From Thermoplasmata archaeon (GTDB taxonomy: Archaea; Thermoplasmatota; E2; DHVEG-1), in contig JAHWGJ010000006.1 in assembly GCA_020054475.1 (NCBI GenBank), positions 368-64,367 of the forward strand: 64,000 nucleotides of DNA, in the 5' to 3' direction. Numbering within the stretch: the first letter of the stretch is position 1; each line of letters begins with the position of its first letter. A model generated the notes under the pieces. The model saw only the letters and a list, made by a program, of their open reading frames with translations, was not told the origin of the DNA and searched no databases. Below, in pieces: positions 49,580 to 59,572 of the stretch. The translations under genes were made by a program, and so were the position numbers.

Positions 49580-50245
49580 TCATTCAAGATGTGATTCTTC
49601 AATATTTAAAAAACCACTATCTCTTCTCCATTTAATAGAATAAGTATCAATAATAAGTTTTTTTTTAAAAATTGGACCATCTAATGTTATAGTTTCATAT
49701 TCCCCGCCTTCTCCTGCAATATTTATTTTATATTTTTTCGATAATTTTCCTATATCATTTATGAATTTTTTATCCAAATATTTGCCAAGCCATTTTTCAT
49801 CTAATCCAAATGCAGAAACTCCTACTATCATATTTTTAAATCCTGCTTTTATTTGTTCATCAATAATCTTCATTTGGTCTTTATGCCATAATGGTGTAAA
49901 TGATTTGATTTTCAAATCATGACAAATTTTTTCTATTCTAGTTCTTTGATATTCCGAATCAATAGCACCGCTTATTATTCCATCTATTTCAAGATCTCTA
50001 AGAATATCTTTCAAATCTTCAACTTCTTCCTCCTTATTCCCCTCTGAAATTTTATTAATATATTGAATATCTAAAGCTTGTGCAATTTTTTTTGTTTGAT
50101 CAATGTTTAAACTATGAAACATCCAAGAATTTTTTTTTTTAGGTATTATTGTCACTAAATGAGTAATGTTCCATCCCCATTGTTTTGCAATATAAATAGA
50201 AAAAACTGAATCCTTTCCGCCAGAAAATAAAGAAGCCACATTCAT
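49580..50245 (-). CDS. dph6: diphthine--ammonia ligase family (Dph6)
   Basis: SGGKDS, SWMFH, GAI.SEYQ..RI, PLW, GEGGEYET..DGPIF. Confidence 0.9.
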   Translation of the reverse strand: MNVASLFSGGKDSVFSIYIAKQWGWNITHLVTIIPKKKNSWMFHSLNIDQTKKIAQALDIQYINKISEGNKEEEVEDLKDILRDLEIDGIISGAIDSEYQRTRIEKICHDLKIKSFTPLWHKDQMKIIDEQIKAGFKNMIVGVSAFGLDEKWLGKYLDKKFINDIGKLSKKYKINIAGEGGEYETITLDGPIFKKKLIIDTYSIKWRRDSGFLNIEESHLE

Positions 50246-50278
50246 AATAATGAATGCAACAACTAATTTATAATAATA

Positions 50279-51529
50279 TTATTTTAATATTCCTTTGAGA
50301 AAACTATACAACTTTGGATAACTATCAAATATATTTGATATAAAATTTAAATTACTTTTTGGCATACTAATTTCCAAAGTTGCCCAATCACTTTCTGCCC
50401 CCGTCTCATCTTTTGCCTTTACAAATAATGTATAATTCCCTTCATTTTCCCATGAAAAACTTTTTGTAATTTCTTCACCTGAATTATAAGGGCCATCCCA
50501 AGAGACACCGGGACATCCATCATACCAAAGAATCCAATAATAAACATCATCACCATCAGGATCAATTGTTGAAAATGTATATTCATAATTTTTTCCATTT
50601 TTACCGCTACTAGGTCCAATAATAGTTGGAATTTCTGGAGGATCATTTTGTATTTCTAAATTATTTACAATTGTTACATCAATTTCAATTTCACCTTCAG
50701 ATAACAAATTGACACTTAAGCTCAAATTTAAATCATGCACATCTCTATTTCCACTTGATTCTATTTTATTTCTATAATATGATTCCTCTTCATATCCCCC
50801 TACTAAAACCTGATAACCACCATCAAAAAATGATGTTGGATATCCATAAATATTATATTCAAAAGCAAGTCTATTTCCAGCATCAACATTTTCATCTCCT
50901 ACTAATGCAACGAAATAAAAAGGATAATCACCGGATTCATATATGCTGCTCAAAGCTTCTGCCATTACAGGGCAATAAGGACACCAAGTTGCTGTGCCTT
51001 CTTCTACAAAAACAGTATGAGAAAATTCTGAATTTATTGTATTATATCCAATATTACCAGGTTCAGCGCCAGCAGCAGCATCGACATAATATGCATCGAA
51101 TTTATTTCTTGTTGGAGGATATGCAAACCCATCGTGAGCCTCTGAGTTAAAAACAGCGGCGATAACCATTAAATTATCTTCCTGTATATTACTATAACCT
51201 GCATCTTGCCCATTCCAAATAATTTTATTATTATAGGTTTCCAAATAAGATATATCAATTGTTTCATCAAAAGCATAATCTAAAAAAGCATAGTGATAAG
51301 GATCTCTATCATAATTATCCCATCGAGACTGTGGCTCAACTACATAAATCTTTAATAGCCCGCTATAACCATTCTCAAAATTTGCGCTATTGTCAGGATT
51401 ATTGATTTTCTCCTCGATTAAATTTGAATCAATATTCATTGCCCCTACATAAGAACTTGTAATAAAAAATATTACAATACCGAAAACTAATATCATATTT
51501 TTCTTCATATTATTACCCCATTTTAACAA
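50279..51529 (-). CDS. secreted thioredoxin-like (Omp28-related) protein with PKD domain
   Basis: Signal peptide; EEGTATWCPYC, GYPTSFFDG; PKD-like DPDGDDVYY..W..G.Y..VKAKD..G.ESDW. Confidence 0.75.
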   Translation of the reverse strand: MLKWGNNMKKNMILVFGIVIFFITSSYVGAMNIDSNLIEEKINNPDNSANFENGYSGLLKIYVVEPQSRWDNYDRDPYHYAFLDYAFDETIDISYLETYNNKIIWNGQDAGYSNIQEDNLMVIAAVFNSEAHDGFAYPPTRNKFDAYYVDAAAGAEPGNIGYNTINSEFSHTVFVEEGTATWCPYCPVMAEALSSIYESGDYPFYFVALVGDENVDAGNRLAFEYNIYGYPTSFFDGGYQVLVGGYEEESYYRNKIESSGNRDVHDLNLSLSVNLLSEGEIEIDVTIVNNLEIQNDPPEIPTIIGPSSGKNGKNYEYTFSTIDPDGDDVYYWILWYDGCPGVSWDGPYNSGEEITKSFSWENEGNYTLFVKAKDETGAESDWATLEISMPKSNLNFISNIFDSYPKLYSFLKGILK

Positions 51530-51708
51530 TTGTTAATAAATATATTATTCAATATAAATAGATTTCCCTATATTATATAAAATTTAGATAAAGGTAACAT
51601 CAATTAGAAAACAACTGTACAACAAATCTTAATATATAATAAAAGAAAAATTAACTTATAAAAAAATCCTTGAAATAATAAAAAATTGTTTATAAATGGA
51701 GAAAAAAC

Positions 51709-52755
51709 ATGAATATAATTAAAATAATAACATCATTTTTTTGCCTTCTAATTTTATTAAACTCATTAATAACAGTTGCAGATTCAAATAATAATCTTTT
51801 TTCAAATGAATACAATTATGATCCTCCCGTTATTCAATTAATATATCCAAAAGGCGGAGAAAAATTAAATGAAACAATAACAATTAAATGGATTGCGTAT
51901 CATAGCGACAACACATATGAACATCTAAACATAAACATATATTATCAAACAAAAAACTCAGAAAATTGGATAGAAATTATAAAATTTTTACCAAACACTG
52001 GAGAATATAATTGGAGCACTCATAATTTATTAGATAATAATTATATAATAAGAATTTTAACAATAGATGAAGATAATAATATTGCAATTGCCACAAGTGA
52101 AGAATTTACAGTTAATAATGGTAATAAAGAGCTAGAAATTACTAATATTATAATTAAAGATAATACAATAAATAAATCAACATGGGTTAAAGACTGCGAT
52201 AATATTACAATAAATGCAATTATAACTGGTTTTGGGGCCGATCAACTTTCAATAAATAATATAACAGCAGATTTAACCGGATTTAATTTAGGAAAAAAAG
52301 TAAATCCTAATAGTTATGATGGTAAAAACGCCATATGGAAATTATATTATGTAAAATGTATTGAATATAATAATCAGATATATGTAAAAATTGATGTTAA
52401 TGATTATATAAATAAAATTTGCACAATTAATGTAGATAATGAATGTCCAAAATTAACATTAAATAAACCTACCAATGGAATATATTTATACAACAAGAAG
52501 TTATTTATCCCTATTGAAAAAACAATTATTTTTGGTAATATTGAATTTGAACTTGATATTAGTGATAATTCAGTTATTGATCGATTAGAATTTTATATTG
52601 ATGAAAAATTATCATTTACTTTAAATGATAATTTTGATAAGTTCAAATTTAACAACAGGCTACTAGGAAGACATTTTATTGAGTTTCGTTTATATGATTT
52701 AGCTGGAAATATGATTTCAAAAACAATGATAATAAATATTTATAATTTGATATAA
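51709..52755 (+). CDS. secreted Ig-like repeat protein
   Basis: Signal peptide; YPKGGE..I.W, VDNECP, DNSVIDRLEFYID..YDLAGN bacterial Ig-like motifs. Confidence 0.65.
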   Translation: MNIIKIITSFFCLLILLNSLITVADSNNNLFSNEYNYDPPVIQLIYPKGGEKLNETITIKWIAYHSDNTYEHLNINIYYQTKNSENWIEIIKFLPNTGEYNWSTHNLLDNNYIIRILTIDEDNNIAIATSEEFTVNNGNKELEITNIIIKDNTINKSTWVKDCDNITINAIITGFGADQLSINNITADLTGFNLGKKVNPNSYDGKNAIWKLYYVKCIEYNNQIYVKIDVNDYINKICTINVDNECPKLTLNKPTNGIYLYNKKLFIPIEKTIIFGNIEFELDISDNSVIDRLEFYIDEKLSFTLNDNFDKFKFNNRLLGRHFIEFRLYDLAGNMISKTMIINIYNLI

Positions 52756-52895
52756 TAAATTTTTTCAAAATATTTCAAAATTTGAATACTTAGTTTTTTT
52801 AAAAAATCAGATTATTATTAAAAAATTTACATAGAACATATATATCTAAATAAACATGTATTGTTAAAATTAAAAAAACTCATTTATAAAATACT

Positions 52896-53654
52896 ATGGT
52901 TTATATTATGAAAATAGGTATAATATGTGGATATGAAATTAATGAATTGACTAATAATTCAGAGAAAATAATTGTTGAAACAATTTATGGAAATGTACCA
53001 ATCAAATTTGTAAAATATAAAAAAAATGAAATTTATTTCATAAATCGACATGGAGAAAATAAAAATATTCCCCCTCATAAAATCAATTATCGCGCTAATA
53101 TTCAAGCTTTAAAATCTTGTAAAATCGATAACATAATTTCAATACTTACTGTAGGGTCAATGAAAAAAAAAATTAAAGCAGGAGATTTTGTAATTCCAGA
53201 TGATTTTATTGATTTTACTAAATCAAGGTGTTTATCGTATTTTGATGAAGATAGGATACACATAGATATGAATAATCCTTTTTGTCCATCTTTAAGAAAA
53301 TTATTGATTGAAAGTTGCGAGAAAATTGAAAAAATTAATATTCATACTAAAGGAATATATATTACAACGGAAGGCCCTAGATTAGAAACAGCATCAGAAA
53401 TCAAATGTTTTTCAAATTATTCTGATATTGTTGGCATGACATTAGTTCCTGAAATTAGTTTGGCTAGAGAAAAAGGAATCTGCTATGTATCTATTTGTAT
53501 AGTATGTAATATGGCTGCAGGTTTACAAAAAGAACTATCAATAGATGAAATATCAAATACTTTTATAGAGCGAAAACCACAATTATTTAATGTAATACAA
53601 AACTTTTTACAAAATATTGAAAATAAAAATATATGCAAATGCATTAATAAATAA
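52896..53654 (+). CDS. MTAP-family purine nucleoside phosphorylase (likely MTI/6-oxopurine type)
   Basis: RHG..PPH.INYRANI.AL, DFIDFT, EGPRLET..E, VGMT..PE..LARE, CNMAAG. Confidence 0.88.
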   Translation: MVYIMKIGIICGYEINELTNNSEKIIVETIYGNVPIKFVKYKKNEIYFINRHGENKNIPPHKINYRANIQALKSCKIDNIISILTVGSMKKKIKAGDFVIPDDFIDFTKSRCLSYFDEDRIHIDMNNPFCPSLRKLLIESCEKIEKINIHTKGIYITTEGPRLETASEIKCFSNYSDIVGMTLVPEISLAREKGICYVSICIVCNMAAGLQKELSIDEISNTFIERKPQLFNVIQNFLQNIENKNICKCINK

Positions 53655-53668
53655 TTGATGGAAGGGAT

Positions 53669-54085
53669 ATGAAAAAATATGAAATAATTGAACATACAGC
53701 AGATGTTGGAATCAAAGCTTTTGGAGAAAATCTAGCGGAAAGTTTTGAAAATGCAGCAAAGGCAATGTTTGATATAATAACTGATAATTCAAAAATTGAC
53801 AATGCTGGACAATATAATATTAAATTGAAATCAACTGATTTAGAACAGCTATTAGTTGACTGGCTATCAGAATTATTATTTTTAAATAGTGCAAATAATT
53901 TAGTTTTTGGGTTTTTTGAAATTCAAATTGATGAAGAACATAATAGTATAAATGCAAGAATATTCGGTGAAAAATTCAATCAATCAAAACATAATATCGG
54001 TGTAGAAATTAAAGCAGTAACATATCATATGTTAAAAGTTAATAATAGCTATCCATTTTCAGCTCAAGTTCTCTTTGATATTTAA
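53669..54085 (+). CDS. archease
   Basis: EHTADVG, DWLSEL, EIKAVTYH, LFDI end. Confidence 0.95.
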   Translation: MKKYEIIEHTADVGIKAFGENLAESFENAAKAMFDIITDNSKIDNAGQYNIKLKSTDLEQLLVDWLSELLFLNSANNLVFGFFEIQIDEEHNSINARIFGEKFNQSKHNIGVEIKAVTYHMLKVNNSYPFSAQVLFDI

Positions 54086-54177
54086 ATAAATAATAAATAT
54101 ATTATACAATTAGCAAAAAATTAGCAAAATTTTTAATCATTTCATCAATTGCAGTTAATGTTTAAAGGGGAATAATC

Positions 54178-54384
54178 ATGACAACAGAAAAAATTACGGA
54201 AAAGATGAATATAAGGGAAGTTATTGAAAAATATCCTGAGGTAATACCCGTTTTTCAAAAATATAATATGGGTTGTATTGGCTGCATTGCAGCATCATTT
54301 GAAAAACTAAGTGATATTGCATCTGTACATGGGATTGACGTTAAAACTTTTGTAGATGATTTAAATAATGCAATAATAAAATGA
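54178..54384 (+). CDS. DUF1858 domain protein
   Basis: ITEKMNI.EV..YPE..VF..MGCIGC..E.L...VHG. Confidence 0.88.
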   Translation: MTTEKITEKMNIREVIEKYPEVIPVFQKYNMGCIGCIAASFEKLSDIASVHGIDVKTFVDDLNNAIIK

Positions 54385-54399
54385 TAGAAAATAATTCTA

Positions 54400-54810
54400 T
54401 TAAATATCACTATTTGTTATAACTAACTCTCCATGTTTTATACCTTTTAATGCTTTTATTTTATTAGCTAATTCTTTTATATTTATTGTTAAGCCTTTCA
54501 AAACTATTACTTCAAGACAATTATTATGATCAATATGAACATGACTTGAGACTAAAATTTCACTTGTATGATTATGTTGTAATTCAAGTAATCTATCAGT
54601 AACATTTCCTAAGTGATGATCATATAATATTGTTAAAGTAGCGATTGATTTTACTTTCAAATCAAGATTTATTTCATTTATTAAATTACTTCTAATAAGA
54701 TCTCTAATTGCTTCTGATCTATTTCTATATCCCTTTTTTTGAATTGATTTATCAAATTTCTTTAAAAGATTATTTTCAATCGAAACTCCAAACCTAGTTA
54801 TTTCACTCAT
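54400..54810 (-). CDS. nikR: nickel-responsive regulator NikR
   Basis: RFGVSI RHH, NRSEAIRDLIR, YDHH, HVH..NCLEV. Confidence 0.96.
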   Translation of the reverse strand: MSEITRFGVSIENNLLKKFDKSIQKKGYRNRSEAIRDLIRSNLINEINLDLKVKSIATLTILYDHHLGNVTDRLLELQHNHTSEILVSSHVHIDHNNCLEVIVLKGLTINIKELANKIKALKGIKHGELVITNSDI

Positions 54811-54811
54811 T

Positions 54812-54919
54812 GTAACACAACTATATGATAATGGTAGCACGAATTTAAAATTTTTGTTACTAAAGATTTATTAATGTCTCCCTCATTATATTGTGTTACA
54901 AAATTAAAAATAATGTTAC
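54812..54919. promoter_or_regulatory. putative NikR operator array in divergent promoter
   Basis: Half-sites GTAACAC 54812, GTAGCAC 54834, TGTTAC 54855, GTGTTAC 54893, TGTTAC 54914; inverted pair GTAGCA-N15-TGTTAC. Confidence 0.65.
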
Positions 54920-54935
54920 TATAAGGTGAAAATTC

Positions 54936-55916
54936 ATGAAAAAATTAAGAAGATATATAATTTTATTAATTTTAATATTAGTTTCAACTTTATTTATTAA
55001 TCCAATACAATCACAATCAGATAAATCAGAAATATCAATTATTTGCACAAATTCAATACTTGCTGATTTTACAAAAAATATTTTAAAGAATAATGCAGAA
55101 ATCGATTATATAATGCCACCAGGCGCTTGCCCAACTCACTTTGATACGTCTCCAAATGATATTTCAAAAATTTCATCTGCTAATATTCTAATTTCACTCG
55201 GTTGGGAACCTTGGTTAAATGATTTAATAGAAAATTCTGGAAATAAAAATTATTCATTAATAAAATGTTTGGATTTAGGAGAATGGAATATTCCAACCGC
55301 TGCAATAAAATATATTGAATTTTTAGAAAAAGAATTATCATTAGTTATTCCAAATTTAAAAAATTCAATACATAAAAATTCTAAAGAATATAGGGATTTA
55401 ATTAATTCAACCTCAATTAATTTGAAGAATCAAATAATTAATAATAATTATCTCAATAAAAAAATAATTTGCATGCAATGGTATAAGGATTTTCTAGAAT
55501 GGTTTGGTTTTGATGTAGTTTATTCATATGGGCCTCCTGAGAGTCTTTCAACTCAGGATATAATAAATATATCTAAAGCCGCTTCAAATAATGAAGTTAC
55601 TTCAATTGTTGATAATCTACAAAGTGGAACAGATTTGGGTGCTCGAATATCTTCAGAATCTGGTTCGATACATATTATTTTTACAAATTTTCCAGGTGCA
55701 ATTCCTAATACAGATAGCTATTTAGATATGATAGAATATAATATTCAAAAGTTGATAAATGGTATTTCAACCTATGAATTTAAACAAGGAGAAATTTTAA
55801 ATTTAGAAAATGAAATAAATCATATAGAATTACAAAGAAATGCATTATTTGTTGGATTTCTCTTATTAACATTAATATCGTTGATTTTAATAATCATATA
55901 TAAAAAAAATAAATGA
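54936..55916 (+). CDS. metal ABC transporter substrate-binding protein (ZnuA/TroA fold) with C-terminal membrane anchor
   Basis: Signal peptide, TNSILADF, IMPPGACPTHFD.SP.D, C-terminal TM with Lys tail. Confidence 0.82.
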   Translation: MKKLRRYIILLILILVSTLFINPIQSQSDKSEISIICTNSILADFTKNILKNNAEIDYIMPPGACPTHFDTSPNDISKISSANILISLGWEPWLNDLIENSGNKNYSLIKCLDLGEWNIPTAAIKYIEFLEKELSLVIPNLKNSIHKNSKEYRDLINSTSINLKNQIINNNYLNKKIICMQWYKDFLEWFGFDVVYSYGPPESLSTQDIINISKAASNNEVTSIVDNLQSGTDLGARISSESGSIHIIFTNFPGAIPNTDSYLDMIEYNIQKLINGISTYEFKQGEILNLENEINHIELQRNALFVGFLLLTLISLILIIIYKKNK

Positions 55917-55926
55917 GAAATGATTC

Positions 55927-56325
55927 ATGCAAGAAATACTTAATAAAATTGAAGATTTTCATGGTCACATTGGACCTTATGTTATTATAGGATATAAAAT
56001 GGGTGAAATTTCAAAAAGTAAGTTAGGTGAAGATCCATTTTCAAAAAAAGCTATTGTTTGGACTGGGAATGAAACACCATTATCTTGTATTATTGATGGA
56101 ATACAACTTAGCTCTGGATGTACATTAGGAAAAGGCAACATTATAGTAAGAAATGATAAAATTCCAAAAGTTCAATTTATAACAAAAGATGGAAAAACTT
56201 TAGATATAATTTTAAAAAAAAATATCCATGATGAAATTGAAATTAATGTAAATATGAAAAATATGAAAAATTATTCTAAAACTATCTATAAAAAAACAAA
56301 CCATGAACTTTTTGAAATAATTTAG
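55927..56325 (+). CDS. FmdE/FwdE family metal-binding protein
   Basis: FHGHIGP..G, SC..DGIQ..GCTLGKGN. Confidence 0.9.
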   Translation: MQEILNKIEDFHGHIGPYVIIGYKMGEISKSKLGEDPFSKKAIVWTGNETPLSCIIDGIQLSSGCTLGKGNIIVRNDKIPKVQFITKDGKTLDIILKKNIHDEIEINVNMKNMKNYSKTIYKKTNHELFEII

Positions 56326-56331
56326 ATCATT

Positions 56332-57081
56332 ATGGCTAAAAATAATTATATAATTTCTCTAGAAAATATTGATACGACATATCAAGGCGATAAAATACCT
56401 GTAATTAATAATATTAACTTGAAAATTGAATATGGTGAATTTGTTTCCATTATTGGTTCAAATGGAGCAGGTAAAACAACATTACTTGAGACAATAAATG
56501 GATTACTTACATATTCCAAGGGTTTAGGGTTAATATTTAATAAAGAAATTATGGAAAATAAATATGAAATAAGAAAGAAAATAGGTTATGTTATTCAAAA
56601 CTTTGATATTGATTCCAATGCACCATTTTTGTGTAAAGATGTTGTAATGTCTGGCAAAACTGGTAAAATCGGATCATTCCGTTTTTATAGTAAAGAAGAT
56701 TGGGATAATATTTGGTATTCAATGAGTCTAGTTGGAATGATTGATTTTGCAAATAGACCTATTGGGAAGTTATCCGGAGGAGAATTTCAAAAAATATTAA
56801 TTTCAAGAGCATTAGCACAAAAACCTGATTTATTGTTATTAGACGAACCTCTCTCAAATCTTGATTTTTCTTCAAGAAAACAAATTGAAAAATTATTGAA
56901 TAGACTCAATAAAAAAGATCATATAACAATCTTGATGGTTTCTCATGATTTATCCTTTATTCCATCAGGATGTAAAAGAATTATTGTTATGCATAAAGGA
57001 AAAATAATATCAGATGGTAATAAAAATGAAATAATAAACTCAAAATTTATTGAAAATTTTTTTAAAAATGAGATGAAATAA
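56332..57081 (+). CDS. metal ABC transporter ATPase (ZnuC-like)
   Basis: GSNGAGKTT, LSGGE.QK, LLLDEP, VSHD. Confidence 0.92.
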   Translation: MAKNNYIISLENIDTTYQGDKIPVINNINLKIEYGEFVSIIGSNGAGKTTLLETINGLLTYSKGLGLIFNKEIMENKYEIRKKIGYVIQNFDIDSNAPFLCKDVVMSGKTGKIGSFRFYSKEDWDNIWYSMSLVGMIDFANRPIGKLSGGEFQKILISRALAQKPDLLLLDEPLSNLDFSSRKQIEKLLNRLNKKDHITILMVSHDLSFIPSGCKRIIVMHKGKIISDGNKNEIINSKFIENFFKNEMK

Positions 57082-57083
57082 AC

Positions 57084-57899
57084 ATGATCGAATTACAAAT
57101 TTCTCTACTAATAACCTCAATTATAGGTGCGATTTTAGCAGGATATGTATGTTCGACCATTGGAGTATTTGTTGTAAGAATGAATCTTTCATCGATTGGA
57201 TTTTGTATGTCTCATGCAGCTTTTGCAGGAGCAGCTTTTGGTTTAATGTTATCGATTGATCCCCTTGTGAGTTCCTTAATTTTTTCCTTTTTTACAGCAG
57301 TTATTCTTGGGCCAATAACAGAAAAAGCAAAACTAGAAAGTAATGTAATAATTGGTTTTCTTTTTTCAATAATGATTGCTTTAGCTTTTATATTTATTAA
57401 TTTGATACCAGGTCAAGCTGCAAGCGGCGTATCATTAAGGATTCTTTGGGGAAGTATTTTTTCAGTTGGATACAATGATATTTTGATGTTAATATTCCTC
57501 TCCTCTATTTTAACAATTTTTATTTTAATATTTTATAAAGAATTAATGGCAATAATGTTTAATAGAAAACTTGCCGAATCCAGTGGAATAAATACAAAAT
57601 TATTTTATTTTGCTGTCCTCTTTCTAACAGCTTTTGCAGTATCTTTATCAATAAGAATTGTTGGCGGATTATTAGTATTTGCATTGATTATAAATCCAAC
57701 TTCAACCGCATATCAATTTTTCTACGACTTTAAAAAAATCATAATTTTTTCACCATTAATTGGAATTATTTCTTGCTCAATTGGTTTTTTAATATCTTTA
57801 TACACTGATTTTCCAATTGGGGCGTCAATAGTAATAATTTCAGCAATATTTTTTGCGTTAGCAATCTTTTTCTCTCCAAAAAGAAAAAAAATAAAATAA
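57084..57899 (+). CDS. metal ABC transporter permease (ZnuB/ABC-3)
   Basis: GVFVV..MSHAAFAG, LWGSI, IVG.LLV.AL. Confidence 0.92.
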   Translation: MIELQISLLITSIIGAILAGYVCSTIGVFVVRMNLSSIGFCMSHAAFAGAAFGLMLSIDPLVSSLIFSFFTAVILGPITEKAKLESNVIIGFLFSIMIALAFIFINLIPGQAASGVSLRILWGSIFSVGYNDILMLIFLSSILTIFILIFYKELMAIMFNRKLAESSGINTKLFYFAVLFLTAFAVSLSIRIVGGLLVFALIINPTSTAYQFFYDFKKIIIFSPLIGIISCSIGFLISLYTDFPIGASIVIISAIFFALAIFFSPKRKKIK

Positions 57900-57970
57900 T
57901 TTTTTCTAAACATTATAATATAATAAATATTAGCAAAATTTAAACCATTAATCTACATCCATCTTTATAT

Positions 57971-58384
57971 ATGCACGAATGGGCTTTAGCTGAATCAATA
58001 ATATTAACAGCTCTCAATGAATCAAAAAAGAAAAAATTAAAAGCTATAAATGAAATTAATATAAAAATTGGAGAATTACAACAGATTGAGATTGATATAT
58101 TTGATTTTGCCATAAAAGAAATATTAAAAAATTATAATAATAAATTGAAAGATACTAAAATTAATATTAAAATTGATGAAAGCAGATTAAGATGTAAAAT
58201 TTGTGGAAATATATGGAAATTTAGTGATATAAGTAGTGAGTTAAATACTGATGAATCAGAAGCCATACATTTCATACCTGAAGTAGCTTTTGTTCATTCA
58301 AGATGTACTAAATGTAAAAGCCCTGATTTTGAAATAATATCTGGACGTGGCGTAACAATATCTTCTATTAAAGGTATAAGGTAG
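57971..58384 (+). CDS. hypA: hydrogenase nickel incorporation protein HypA (Thermococcales-type insertion)
   Basis: MHE start, GELQQ, CKIC..EAIHFIPE..CTKC, GRGV. Confidence 0.95.
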   Translation: MHEWALAESIILTALNESKKKKLKAINEINIKIGELQQIEIDIFDFAIKEILKNYNNKLKDTKINIKIDESRLRCKICGNIWKFSDISSELNTDESEAIHFIPEVAFVHSRCTKCKSPDFEIISGRGVTISSIKGIR

Positions 58385-58389
58385 AAATT

Positions 58390-59115
58390 ATGGAAGTAAG
58401 AGAAAGTGTAATAGAAAAAAGATTAAGTAACATCAATAGAATAATTTGTGTAGCTAGTGGAAAAGGCGGAGTAGGAAAAAGCCTCATCGCCTCAACTTTA
58501 GCATTAAAATTAGAAAAAAGGGGACATAAAGTCGGTTTATTGGATTTAGATTTATACGGGCCATCATCTCACATCATTCTTGGTTTTAATAGAAAAGGAT
58601 TTCCTGATGAAAATAAAGGAATCATTCCCTCAAAAGTGGATAATATAAAATTTATGTCAATTATTTATTTTTCAGATGATAAACCATCTCCCTTTAGAGG
58701 AATAGATATATCAAATATCATTGTTGAATTATTGGCAATTACACAGTGGGGTTCATTAGATTATTTAATAATTGATATGCCACCAGGTATTGGAGATGAA
58801 ACACTTGACATAATTAGATTAGTAAAAAATTGTGAATTTATTGTTGTGACCACACCCTCAAAAGTAGCAATGGGGGCAGTTAAAAAACTATTGTTAATTT
58901 TATCTGAATTAAAAATACCTATTATTGGGTTAATTGAAAATATGGTTATAGAAAATTCAAATTTAATTAAAAATCAAATTAAAATTATGAATGTGCATTA
59001 TTTAGGATCAATACTTTTTGATAAAAATCTTGAAATTTCAATCGGAAAACCAAAAGAAATCTTAAAAACAGATATGATCAATGATTTAGATAAATTTTTA
59101 AATAAAATAGAATAA
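58390..59115 (+). CDS. Mrp/MinD-type ATPase, probable HypB analogue
   Basis: SGKGGVGKS, DLD.YGPS, DMPPG.GD; lacks the CxxC after ENM of ApbC/Mrp; directly behind hypA. Confidence 0.8.
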   Translation: MEVRESVIEKRLSNINRIICVASGKGGVGKSLIASTLALKLEKRGHKVGLLDLDLYGPSSHIILGFNRKGFPDENKGIIPSKVDNIKFMSIIYFSDDKPSPFRGIDISNIIVELLAITQWGSLDYLIIDMPPGIGDETLDIIRLVKNCEFIVVTTPSKVAMGAVKKLLLILSELKIPIIGLIENMVIENSNLIKNQIKIMNVHYLGSILFDKNLEISIGKPKEILKTDMINDLDKFLNKIE

Positions 59116-59131
59116 CGATTAATTATATTAT

Positions 59132-59539
59132 ATGAAAGGAAGCTATCTTTTATTAATCAAATTGAACGATGATAGATATATAAAATATGGAATTAGAAAG
59201 AATTGTTTTTTTAAAAAAGGATTTTACATTTATGTAGGATCTGCATTGAATAATTTAGAAAAAAGAATGGAATGACATCTTAGAATTAATAAAAAAAATT
59301 ATTGGCATATTGATTTTTTATTAAATTTCGGCAATATAACAAATATCTTTTATAGAGAGAGCGATTTTAAAGAAGAATGCTTTATAGCTAATTTATTAAA
59401 AGAAATATTTTTACCAATATCTGACTTTGGATCAAGTGATTGTAAATGTAAAACCCATCTTTTTTACGGGTCAAAAAATAAATTATTCAAATTTATTATC
59501 AAAAATAATATGAATGAATATTTTAAACAAAAGACTTAA
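59132..59539 (+). pseudogene. DUF123 GIY-YIG endonuclease with in-frame TGA
   Basis: MKGSY..G.Y.YVGSA...LEKRME*H..WHIDFL..EC..FGSSDC.C.THL; TGA at 59273-75. Confidence 0.85.
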
Positions 59540-59572
59540 ATTTTGATATTTATTTAAATTATTGGATTAACC

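Noticed and set aside
58390-59115. Fe-S carrier ApbC/Mrp
   Set aside because: Lacks the C-terminal CxxC; position after Thermococcales-type hypA favours HypB function
59273-59275. Selenocysteine or genetic-code reassignment of TGA
   Set aside because: Aligned residue is Arg, and many genes in the window end in TGA
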